Shown: piece after piece, positions 6,770-15,023 of the stretch
Layout of the letters: each line of letters begins with the position of its first letter
Position numbering within the stretch: position 1 is the stretch's first letter
Program-made: the position numbers and the translations under genes
IMG/VR virus record: IMGVR_UViG_3300032218_002968
Span: 1 to 29,293 of that record
Strand: one strand, 5' to 3'
Origin: a virus
Taxonomy: Duplodnaviria > Caudoviricetes
Length of the DNA: 29,293 nucleotides
The notes under the pieces: model-generated
What the model was told of the DNA's origin: nothing
Database searches by the model: none
Seen by the model: the letters and a program-made list of their open reading frames with translations, nothing else

Positions 6770-9700
6770 TTATTTATTGTTGATTTGATCCTGAAGATTT
6801 TCAACTTTTGCAGAAAGATCTTTAATTGCTTCAATCAGAAGTGGGATAATCTTCTCGTAACGAACTGCTAGGTATCCAGTTTCTCTAGTTGCAACTGCTT
6901 CTGGTAGAACTTCTAGAACTTCCTGTGCAATTACACCAACATCAGAACCTTCTTTACCAGCACCCTGAACCCAATCAAAATTATTACCACTGATTGCTAG
7001 AACTTTTTTAAGTGGATCAACAATTGGAACAATATTTTCCTTCAGTCTTTGATCTGAAGTATAGAATGCCGTGATGTCTCCAGTTACATTCAATGTTCCA
7101 TAAATTTCAGTATTATCATTTAAAGCAACTAATAACCCACTCGAACTTTGTATAGTAACAGAACTTGCTGTTCCAACAATTAATCCATATTCTGTGGTTC
7201 TATTACTATTGAGGAATTGTAAACAAGAATTATTTGTTGAAGAATTTGCGGCAATTCTTACTCCACCAGTTGTTGTTCCAGAACCAACTGGGGTGGTAGC
7301 ATTAATAACTCCAGTAACATTTAATGTATTAGAAACTGTTGTTACACCAGTAACATTTAATGTATTGGAAAGTACAGTTGCACCAGTAACATTTAATGTA
7401 TTAGAAAGTGTAGTTATACCAGTAACTCCAAGAGTTCCACCAATATTAACACTCTTGGCAATTCCAACACCTCCACTTACAATAAGAGCACCACTAAGAG
7501 TATCGGTTGATTGAGTTGTATTAATAATTTTTAATTGTGCAGTGTTTGTTGCTGTGGCATTAAATTTCGTTTCTTTATTGAAGGTAACGGGACCATCAAA
7601 CTGAGAAAGAATCGTTCCAGAGTTACCACCTTCAACGAGAATTCTTTCTTTAATGGTAACTTCATCATAAACAACGCTCAATCTCGAAGCATCTTGACCT
7701 GTTATTGTTGGAATTGGTGCATCAAAAACAACTTCTTGACCTGTTTTGGAGCTAAGTTTTTTATTGCCAATATAAAAGTCACCATCATTATTCATACCAG
7801 TATAGACAACAGTTCCGCAAGATTTCTGTTGTGATTGTGCTAGATATGCTTCTTTTTCTGTTATAGTTCTGACCTGAACCTGTGGAAGACCTGTTGAATA
7901 GTTTCCTGGACCATATCCAAGATATTCAAATGTTTGGTTAGATGAACGGAGAATTGTTGGTCTTCTTAATTCAATTGGAAGTGGTTTAATTTTTTTGATA
8001 ATTGAACCATTATCATGAGATGACTTAATAGTTCCAAGAACACCACGAATAACTGTAATTTCATCACTAGAAGAACCACTTAAAGTGCTGCTTACAACTC
8101 TCATAATTTCGGCGTCAACTTGAATATAAGATCCAAGTGGGAATCTCTGTGTTGTTGAGATGCCAGCAACAGGATTACTAACTCTAATTTGAGTGTCAGA
8201 AGTAAATGCTACCAATGTTAGAGTATCATTATCATAGAATGAAAAATCACGAACTCCAATATTTTCTCCAGTTGCATCAGAAACTGCCTCATTTGAAGAC
8301 ATTCCGTGCTTTAAGACATAACCATTTGTTGGAGAAATATTGGCATTTGTAATTGCATTAAAGGTATTAATACCAACTTTAGTGGCAACCAAATAATCTC
8401 CAAGATTATTATTATTAGAATCAATTACTCTAAATTTATTACCCGCAAGCAATCCGTGTGGACCAGCACATGTAAATGATGTGATTCCAGTTGTTGAATA
8501 ATATACTGAAGAAGTAATTTTCGTCGAAGGTGCGACAACAAATCCATATTGTGAATTTGTTGCTAAAGGATCTCCCTCCGTTTTAGCAATCGAAATCGTG
8601 GTTGATGATGGAATAGATGTAATGCGATAATAACCAGTAGAAGTCGTAGCAGACCCGGTGAATTGTATTACATCGCCAATATTTGTGGTGATACCAGAAG
8701 TTACAATATTAACGTATGCATTTGCGGATCCACCAACTTTTGTAGTATCAAAATACAGAGTAGTAGTTCCATATCCAGATCCCTTGGATTGAATAGTTGC
8801 CGATGTAACTTGATTACTTGAAACTATAACTTTTGCAGTTGCACCATTCCAAGTTGTAAGGTCTGAATTAAGAAGTTTAACATTATAATAAGTACCATTT
8901 GTTTTTCCTGATCCACCAGTCAAAGTACTGTAAGTTACAATACCAGAAAGTCCATGTTCTCTTGCAAATGTAATTGTTGCACTCGTAGTTGCATCAGTGA
9001 CTGAAGTTACATCTAAACCTAATCCAAAATCTTGTACAAATGAATCAACGGTTTCTCTGGTTAAAGATCCTTTAACATTACTAGTTCCGACATCTCCAAG
9101 AGGCGCTCTTTTTGCAAATGTTTTTGTTGGTATTGGATTTTCATCGATATTGTCTCTGTCTAATTGTGGATAAAGATTGACAACATTTTGATTATATTTT
9201 GAAGATGTGAATTCGCTCGGTACTGCATTTTTGGCATTCAGAACATATAAGTGATAAATGCCATCAGAAACTCCCGATTTGTATTGTGAAATTACTTCAC
9301 TTCGGTAAATATAATAATTTGATTGCAAATCATTTCTTTGGAATCTCGGTAAAGTAGTTGTTCTAGAACTTGTATTATTTGTAAAAGTTCCTGTAGAGTG
9401 AACGACTCCAAAAACATCTGTAGTAGAATAAGTAAATGTCTTGTCATTTACAATTGATGTAACATTAAATGTTCCATTATATCCATAGTTATCCGTACCT
9501 GTAGGACTTCCACTACTATCAGTTACGTTTTTGACAATAATGGTATCATTCGCATTTAAATTATGTGGTAGTTCTGATATAACTGTAATTGTTGTGCCAA
9601 CTGTTGAACAGGTACTAATAAATCTTGGATTTTTATTATAATTTAAATCAGACGCTGAAATTGTAAGAGAAGTAGCATATGCATCACTTCCAATACCAGT

Positions 9701-12157
9701 AGAACTTGATTCTTGAATTACAAATCCTTCTAGAGGATCTCTCGAATTGGTAGATTCTTTAGGAATTACAACTCTTAGTTTATAAATTTTTTCATCAATA
9801 CTTCTCGAATCACTTATTCTTTTAATGTAAGAAACGTTTGTTCTTGCACCTAAACCAACAACTCCATTTGCTAAAATTGCCGTGTAAATATCACTATTAG
9901 TATTTGTATGAATAAACCAATTTTTATTGGTATTATCATATTGAATTGGTGATCCTATATCTCCAGGATTTTTATCAGAAACTCTACTTGCAATTTTAAG
10001 ACCTGTTCCACCATAAACACTAATTGCAGATGCCAATGAGGCATTTGTTGATGATGTTGCAAGTTTAACTTGATTTGCAGTTAAAGTTCCATCAACATCA
10101 CTTGCGATTGCATAATAAATTGTATTTTCTGTGATGTTTTCTGGCAAATCTCCGTCAGTACTTAAAATTCTAACTTTTTCTCCGGTTACTAATCCATGAG
10201 CACCGATTGTAAAATAATTATTAGTTGGAGATCCAGATACTGAATATGATTTTTCCGCGCTATTTGTTCCTGTTGTAATACCTGAAGTGATTTTATCAGG
10301 CATATAAATGGAAGCTGTACTTGTTCCAGATCCAATATTTACATATAAGGTATCATTATTTTTAGCACCAACTCTATATCCTTGAAGAATGTTTGGCGGA
10401 ATATCATCAGAGGCAGTGAATCCATAAAGATAGAGGTGACTTGAAACTCCGACTTGAGTTGTAACACTAACATCTAATGATACCCAATCAATATCAGTTT
10501 CATCTGAGGTAATTGCTCTTGGAGCAATAATAGATGTAATATATGCATTATTATCTTTAGTAAATGCTTCTTTTTTGAATCCCGTTGCCGCTAGTGAATT
10601 TTGCCCAAAGTTTGAGTTTGAGTTAGTGATTGAAGCGTCAGCACCAGATTCACCTTTAAAATGTGAAGTATATCCAATTGCAAATACAGAAACAACCTGA
10701 ATGAATGCATCATTCGACATTTTAATGTGAACTGTTTCCCACCCATTTCTATAAACTGCACCAGAATCTAAGTGATATGCCTCATTTGTGTTAGTTGATG
10801 ATGATCCACCGGCAAGATCACCGCCATATGATGCAGAATATATTATTCCTTTATAATCTCTAGAAATTGGATTATATTTTACAAATGCACGATCATCTTT
10901 CTGTAGAGATACGCCAGTAAATTGTGCAACAACCATTGAACGGAAACCTGATGCTTTGCTACCATCAGCGTGCATTCCATTCATACCCCATACAGAACGC
11001 ATAGAGATATTGAAGATGTATGGTGATGCACCACCTACAGTATCAGTTTCAATTGTAACCGTTGCATTTGAAGAAGTTGGGAAAGCAGGAAGATTAATTG
11101 GATAATTTTCAGGAATGAGATAGGTAAATTGAGTAGAACTCAATACGTTCTGTACTTTTGTAGAAATATTATAATAATTTTCCGATACTCCATTAATTTT
11201 AATTGGAGTTCCTGCCGTTAAATTATGTGTTGTCGAAGTTGTGACCGTAACAATTGTTGATGCTGCTATACCATCACCAGAAATAATCTTACTGATATTA
11301 ATTGGATCTGTTGCAAATGCACCAACAATTTCCCATTCTGGACGCTGTTTTGAAAATCCTAAAGAATTACTTGGGTATTTTTGATCAATATCTCTACCAG
11401 ATGCAGTATTGAATGCATTAGAAACCTTTCCATAATACATATCAAGATCTGTGATATCATATCCCGAAGGAATATTGACACCATCAGCATATTCAAAACA
11501 AGTTAGTTTGTGGTGAGAAAATGTTGGAGTTGCTTTGTTTGTATCTGAAAAATCAGATTGATTTGTATAAACTTTTCCAGATTCATCAGCATCAAATAAA
11601 GAAAATTGCCAGAAATAGCAGGCACCAGTAATTCTAAAAATTGCTGATTTTGGTGTGGAATCAGTTGGGTTTGGAACATATTTTGGTCTAATTTTTGTTT
11701 TTCTTAAATCAAGACCAACAATCGAAGTACCGCGAGGTACAATAACACCACCATTGATACTATTAAACTTATAGAGAATATTATCTGACTGAGTAATATC
11801 AAAGTTTGATGAAAGTGTTAATGATAATGTTTCAGATGCAATAGTTTCTGCACCTGACGGAGACACTGCATATGGAGTAGTTCCACTCTTTTTAAGAGCA
11901 AAACCAGGTCTATTATCAATTGTATGGATGCCAGGAAATAATAAAATTGTTGTTTTTTCAGTAATATCGTTATTACTTCCTTGAAGATATGAGAATCTTG
12001 CTGCCTCTAGTAGTGCTCTCTGTACAGTTTTGAAGGGTTGAGCTAGAGAGTTGCCCTGATTTGTAATCGCATCAGTTGCATCTAGGTCGTTTGGATTTAC
12101 ATAAAGAATACGACCTTCTGTATTCTTAATAAAATTGTCTAACTTATTCAGAGCCAT
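6770..12157 (-). CDS. large tail fibre/baseplate-associated structural protein with C-terminal intramolecular chaperone (peptidase S74-like)
   Basis: 1795 aa; N-terminal ILYVNP...PFKTVQRAL motif, repeated H(N/G)LxxG beta domains, C-terminal TSDQRLKENI...GVIAQEV...VRYEKIIPLLIEAIK chaperone signature. Confidence 0.85.
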   Translation of the reverse strand: MALNKLDNFIKNTEGRILYVNPNDLDATDAITNQGNSLAQPFKTVQRALLEAARFSYLQGSNNDITEKTTILLFPGIHTIDNRPGFALKKSGTTPYAVSPSGAETIASETLSLTLSSNFDITQSDNILYKFNSINGGVIVPRGTSIVGLDLRKTKIRPKYVPNPTDSTPKSAIFRITGACYFWQFSLFDADESGKVYTNQSDFSDTNKATPTFSHHKLTCFEYADGVNIPSGYDITDLDMYYGKVSNAFNTASGRDIDQKYPSNSLGFSKQRPEWEIVGAFATDPINISKIISGDGIAASTIVTVTTSTTHNLTAGTPIKINGVSENYYNISTKVQNVLSSTQFTYLIPENYPINLPAFPTSSNATVTIETDTVGGASPYIFNISMRSVWGMNGMHADGSKASGFRSMVVAQFTGVSLQKDDRAFVKYNPISRDYKGIIYSASYGGDLAGGSSSTNTNEAYHLDSGAVYRNGWETVHIKMSNDAFIQVVSVFAIGYTSHFKGESGADASITNSNSNFGQNSLAATGFKKEAFTKDNNAYITSIIAPRAITSDETDIDWVSLDVSVTTQVGVSSHLYLYGFTASDDIPPNILQGYRVGAKNNDTLYVNIGSGTSTASIYMPDKITSGITTGTNSAEKSYSVSGSPTNNYFTIGAHGLVTGEKVRILSTDGDLPENITENTIYYAIASDVDGTLTANQVKLATSSTNASLASAISVYGGTGLKIASRVSDKNPGDIGSPIQYDNTNKNWFIHTNTNSDIYTAILANGVVGLGARTNVSYIKRISDSRSIDEKIYKLRVVIPKESTNSRDPLEGFVIQESSSTGIGSDAYATSLTISASDLNYNKNPRFISTCSTVGTTITVISELPHNLNANDTIIVKNVTDSSGSPTGTDNYGYNGTFNVTSIVNDKTFTYSTTDVFGVVHSTGTFTNNTSSRTTTLPRFQRNDLQSNYYIYRSEVISQYKSGVSDGIYHLYVLNAKNAVPSEFTSSKYNQNVVNLYPQLDRDNIDENPIPTKTFAKRAPLGDVGTSNVKGSLTRETVDSFVQDFGLGLDVTSVTDATTSATITFAREHGLSGIVTYSTLTGGSGKTNGTYYNVKLLNSDLTTWNGATAKVIVSSNQVTSATIQSKGSGYGTTTLYFDTTKVGGSANAYVNIVTSGITTNIGDVIQFTGSATTSTGYYRITSIPSSTTISIAKTEGDPLATNSQYGFVVAPSTKITSSVYYSTTGITSFTCAGPHGLLAGNKFRVIDSNNNNLGDYLVATKVGINTFNAITNANISPTNGYVLKHGMSSNEAVSDATGENIGVRDFSFYDNDTLTLVAFTSDTQIRVSNPVAGISTTQRFPLGSYIQVDAEIMRVVSSTLSGSSSDEITVIRGVLGTIKSSHDNGSIIKKIKPLPIELRRPTILRSSNQTFEYLGYGPGNYSTGLPQVQVRTITEKEAYLAQSQQKSCGTVVYTGMNNDGDFYIGNKKLSSKTGQEVVFDAPIPTITGQDASRLSVVYDEVTIKERILVEGGNSGTILSQFDGPVTFNKETKFNATATNTAQLKIINTTQSTDTLSGALIVSGGVGIAKSVNIGGTLGVTGITTLSNTLNVTGATVLSNTLNVTGVTTVSNTLNVTGVINATTPVGSGTTTGGVRIAANSSTNNSCLQFLNSNRTTEYGLIVGTASSVTIQSSSGLLVALNDNTEIYGTLNVTGDITAFYTSDQRLKENIVPIVDPLKKVLAISGNNFDWVQGAGKEGSDVGVIAQEVLEVLPEAVATRETGYLAVRYEKIIPLLIEAIKDLSAKVENLQDQINNK
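7311..7426. repeat. 36-bp tandem repeat (3 copies plus a partial) within the fibre gene
   Basis: CCAGTAACATTTAATGTATT identical at 7311, 7347 and 7383; partial at 7419; encodes 12-aa SNTLNVTG units. Confidence 0.9.
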
Positions 12158-12192
12158 CTGATTATTACGGTCAAAATATTTCTATCTTCTAT

Positions 12193-12498
12193 TTAGCCCG
12201 CCAAATCTTCCTCATCATACTGATATTCTATATCATCGGGCATGTCTTCTGGGTTTTCTAAATCTACTGGAAAGAAACAAGGATGTGCCTCTTCATCTAT
12301 CAAATAGAATGAGTTTTTGTACAAGTCTTCTGGTTCAAATGATCTTTGTTTATCTGCCAATCTGCAAAGATCTTGATCATATAAGTGCCCATCGGGAAGT
12401 TCATCAAATGTGAAAGGAACTTGATTGATAAAGTACATCTTCACAATCATACTGCCATTATTGTACCAGCAGTATGCGTGACTGATTTGATAAGACAT
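12193..12498 (-). CDS. conserved cyanophage hypothetical protein (acidic)
   Basis: Start moved to ATG 12498 (MSYQISHAYCW..., 101 aa) because the longer ORF overlaps tRNA-Leu; AATAAATA at 12518-12525. Confidence 0.8.
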   Translation of the reverse strand: MSYQISHAYCWYNNGSMIVKMYFINQVPFTFDELPDGHLYDQDLCRLADKQRSFEPEDLYKNSFYLIDEEAHPCFFPVDLENPEDMPDDIEYQYDEEDLAG

Positions 12499-12530
12499 TG
12501 GGGTTTCCCGTATCTTATATTTATTTTTAA

Positions 12531-12605
12531 TAGGAGGAGCGGGATTCGAACCCGCACTGTACAAATTTTAAGTTTGGTGTCTCCTGCCAGTTGGACTACC
12601 CTCCC
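12531..12605 (-). tRNA. trnL: tRNA-Leu(UAA), short variable loop, no encoded CCA
   Basis: GGGAGGG/TCCTCCT acceptor, D-loop GG, anticodon loop CT-TAA-AA, T arm GCGGG-TTCGAAT-CCCGC, discriminator A; 75 nt. Confidence 0.9.
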
Positions 12606-12614
12606 GATAAGACC

Positions 12615-12643
12615 ATTATAACTCAAAGAATCATAATAGTCAA
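12615..12643 (-). promoter_or_regulatory. sigma70-like promoter for tRNA-Leu
   Basis: TTGACT(12638-12643)-N17-TATAAT(12615-12620), 9 nt upstream of the tRNA 5' end. Confidence 0.7.
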
Positions 12644-12717
12644 TGCTCGTTGTGGGAATCTAACCCACCTTCGGCGCTTTATGAGAACGCTGCATTCGAA
12701 CAGATTGCTAAACGAGC
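12644..12717 (-). tRNA. tRNA with CAU anticodon (elongator Met or Ile2), atypical D/T loops
   Basis: GCTCGTT/AACGAGC acceptor, GCGTT-CTCATAA-AGCGC anticodon arm, GTGGG-TTAGATT-CCCAC T arm; 74 nt. Lacks initiator features (has a G1-C72 pair and no three consecutive G-C pairs). Confidence 0.85.
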
Positions 12718-12721
12718 ATTC

Positions 12722-12744
12722 GCTATTCGCAAACAGCAAATAGC
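12722..12744 (-). other. inter-tRNA spacer hairpin
   Basis: Minus-strand GCTATTTGC-TGTTT-GCGAATAGC, a 9-bp stem with one G-U pair, filling the spacer between two tRNAs. Confidence 0.6.
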
Positions 12745-12746
12745 AA

Positions 12747-12834
12747 TACGAGTGCCTGGATTCGAACCAGGTCAAAGCCGCTAATCTGGCGGAAAGGCGT
12801 TATAAGTGCCCTCTGACTACCAAGTCTCACTCGC
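12747..12834 (-). tRNA. non-canonical tRNA with UAU anticodon (nominally Ile), long variable arm
   Basis: GCGAGTG/CACTCGT acceptor, GACT-TGGT-AGTC D arm, loop CT-TAT-AA, variable stem CCGC-CAGATTA-GCGG, CCTGG-TTCGAAT-CCAGG T arm; 88 nt. Confidence 0.8.
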
Positions 12835-12850
12835 ATAAAAACTCAGAATA

Positions 12851-13024
12851 TTATTGAGCCTCGTTGTTTAACTCAGTGTGTATTCGTATGAGTTCATCAT
12901 CAGCTGGCATCATCACTGCTGCCTGCCCGTTTTCGTTGACGATACCTAAGTGTTCTCCATTTTCAACTCGTTCCATAAGTTCATCGAAACGTTCTTGAAA
13001 TTCTTCCACAGTAAAAACTTCCAT
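12851..13024 (-). CDS. Phd/YefM-family antitoxin-like protein (57 aa, not in ORF track)
   Basis: Read manually: MEVFTVEEFQERFDELMERVENGEHLGIVNENGQAAVMMPADDELIRIHTELNNEAQ*. Fits the Phd/YefM N-terminal pattern (xTVxEFxxxFxELxxRVxxGExxxI...AVMMP). Confidence 0.7.
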   Translation of the reverse strand: MEVFTVEEFQERFDELMERVENGEHLGIVNENGQAAVMMPADDELIRIHTELNNEAQ

Positions 13025-13027
13025 TGT

Positions 13028-13219
13028 TCACAGGGGGTTAGTGTATGCAAGGCAATCATCACTTACCTGAGTTCGCACTACTTCCAGTACATTCATGAAC
13101 TCGTCAACGGTTTCGCATTCTACAACTTTTTCACTACCTTCACTTGAATAAAGATAGAACTTTCGTGCCAGAGTATCCACGACGCAGCGGGAAAGAAACT
13201 CTTCGGTGTTGGCAGGCAT
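13028..13219 (-). CDS. conserved cyanophage hypothetical protein
   Basis: 63-aa acidic ORF directly downstream of a consensus promoter; ends 3 nt before the next ATG. Confidence 0.8.
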   Translation of the reverse strand: MPANTEEFLSRCVVDTLARKFYLYSSEGSEKVVECETVDEFMNVLEVVRTQVSDDCLAYTNPL

Positions 13220-13244
13220 TTGGTCTTTGGTTGATTACCTGAGT

Positions 13245-13273
13245 ATTATAGGGCATCTAGGGAATCCTGTCAA
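13245..13273 (-). promoter_or_regulatory. consensus sigma70 promoter
   Basis: TTGACA(13268-13273)-N17-TATAAT(13245-13250). Confidence 0.88.
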
Positions 13274-13276
13274 GGG

Positions 13277-14152
13277 TCACTGGAACTCAGATTGGGAATT
13301 GATAAGATCTATTAATGATTGGTTGCTGGTTTTTTGATTGCTGATAGATTGGTCCGATCGTTTGAGACCCCATCGTATAAGTTCTTGATCTCTAGTTTTA
13401 CCTTTAAGACTACTTAAATTGCTCAAATATGAATCTCGTGTTGCTCTTAGTGTTGTTAATTCTGCCGCAATCGAAATAATAGAACTTCCATAACCAGCAC
13501 AAGTTGTAGGTGATGGTGCTCCGGGATGTTGTCCTGCGGTGGTTGGAATTGAACTATAAGATCCTACAGAAGATCCTCCATTATTTACTGTGAGTGATGT
13601 ATATCCAGTGCCTGCATTTGAACTAGTTAATGTGACCGTACTATCTGTTCCAAATGGATTATCTGTACTATAATTTGATAAATCTGAATAAATGCTGATA
13701 CTTGCAGTATCACTATAGATTGTAAGTCCAACACCAATTGCAACTCCACCTACATTTCCTGCGCCATATGTTCCAGTAGTACTAATATAAGAACATCCAG
13801 CACCAATCGCAGTTGCAACCAAATCTTTAATTTGAGATTTTTTAAAGTTAATAGTATTATTAATCTCAAGTATTTTATTGTCTAGTATGGCGCTTGTTTG
13901 TTGAAATGATCCTATTTTAGAATCAATATCGTCTCTTTCATTTTGTTTTTGTTGTTGTGGATTTTTAATTGGACTGGTTTCTTCTACATATTGTTCAGAC
14001 CATCTTCCACTTAAATCTTGAGTAACTACCTTCTTACTAATAATATTTGGATATGATGCAATACCGGCAGTTGCATCAGTATTATATTTATTCAGTAAAG
14101 TATTATCAGAAGTTAAATAATCAATTGTTTTCTTTGGATAATCTTTTGTCAT
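13277..14152 (-). CDS. hypothetical protein, probably virion structural
   Basis: 291 aa; coiled-coil-like segments flank a G/S/T-rich core; last gene of the tightly packed baseplate operon. Confidence 0.7.
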   Translation of the reverse strand: MTKDYPKKTIDYLTSDNTLLNKYNTDATAGIASYPNIISKKVVTQDLSGRWSEQYVEETSPIKNPQQQKQNERDDIDSKIGSFQQTSAILDNKILEINNTINFKKSQIKDLVATAIGAGCSYISTTGTYGAGNVGGVAIGVGLTIYSDTASISIYSDLSNYSTDNPFGTDSTVTLTSSNAGTGYTSLTVNNGGSSVGSYSSIPTTAGQHPGAPSPTTCAGYGSSIISIAAELTTLRATRDSYLSNLSSLKGKTRDQELIRWGLKRSDQSISNQKTSNQSLIDLINSQSEFQ

Positions 14153-14154
14153 AA

Positions 14155-15021
14155 TCAGTAATTTCTACCACCATTGATTATATATTCTCTATTGTCTCCT
14201 GGATAATCTGCTGGTGAATTACCTTCGTATTCTGGAATATTTCTAGAAGTATCCTTTCTTTCTCCATAAACAATATAGGAACAATGAATTGCACCAGCAG
14301 AGTTATTTCTAATATGAATCTTAGTTCCTTCTATTTTTGCAACAAATAATTCTTGATATTGTCCAATGGGAGTTAAATTTGCAGTGATACTTTCCTCATC
14401 AACCAAATCTTTCCAATAATCTGGTAGTTCAATTACATTAGATCCTTTTAATTTTCCTCTTACAAATACATCTGCAGAAGGACCTTCGGCACAGATATAT
14501 CTTAAACGATGATTTTCTTTTGAAGGATGTGAAATATCAAAGGATTTTTTACCAGTACAAGCTGATATATCAAGACCAGCAATTGATCCTGAACCAGTGA
14601 TAGTGATTGTTGGTCCGGCAATAGTAATATTAACGCCAGTAATAGAAGTCTTTGCTCCACACACAATTACACTGGATCCAAGTAAGGATGATGAAGTACC
14701 ATTTAAAGAGTTTGATGCTACTGCCGTTCTAAGTTCATTGCCTAAAACTACATGTTCTCCAAGTGTAATATGAACTCCAGTTTGCCACTTAGTTCCATTT
14801 GCATAATCTAATCCAGTGCTCCAAGTACTGTAAGGTGCGGTTGGACTTGGACCAAATGATGCTGATGCTACGGCACCACTGGCAAAACTTCCTGTACCAA
14901 AGAATCCTTTATAAATTGATCCCCAACCCGGTTCCCAAAATCCCTTAGGAAATAAAATTGAAGTGTCAAAAAGAGGACTAAAAGTTGTAATAATTGATGA
15001 TGTAAAATCTTGAAATGACAT
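14155..15021 (-). CDS. baseplate spike/fibre-associated structural protein
   Basis: Short beta-helix-like repeats (SITGVNITIAGPTITITG) followed by the KSFDISHP...LRYICAEGP...IELPDYW domain seen at the C-termini of phage tail proteins. Confidence 0.6.
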   Translation of the reverse strand: MSFQDFTSSIITTFSPLFDTSILFPKGFWEPGWGSIYKGFFGTGSFASGAVASASFGPSPTAPYSTWSTGLDYANGTKWQTGVHITLGEHVVLGNELRTAVASNSLNGTSSSLLGSSVIVCGAKTSITGVNITIAGPTITITGSGSIAGLDISACTGKKSFDISHPSKENHRLRYICAEGPSADVFVRGKLKGSNVIELPDYWKDLVDEESITANLTPIGQYQELFVAKIEGTKIHIRNNSAGAIHCSYIVYGERKDTSRNIPEYEGNSPADYPGDNREYIINGGRNY

Positions 15022-15023
15022 AA

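Noticed and set aside
7311-7426. 36-bp periodic repeat as a possible mini-CRISPR array
   Set aside because: In-frame coding repeat; the 16-nt intervening segments are similar to each other; no cas genes or leader.
12499-12564. N-terminal extension of ORF 12193..12564 and the plus-strand ORF 12385..12621
   Set aside because: Both overlap tRNA-Leu; the 'AGSNPAPP' peptide is simply the translated T arm.
12585-12592. TGCCAGTT match to the promoter motif
   Set aside because: Lies in the tRNA-Leu D loop with no -10 box at the expected spacing; coincidental.
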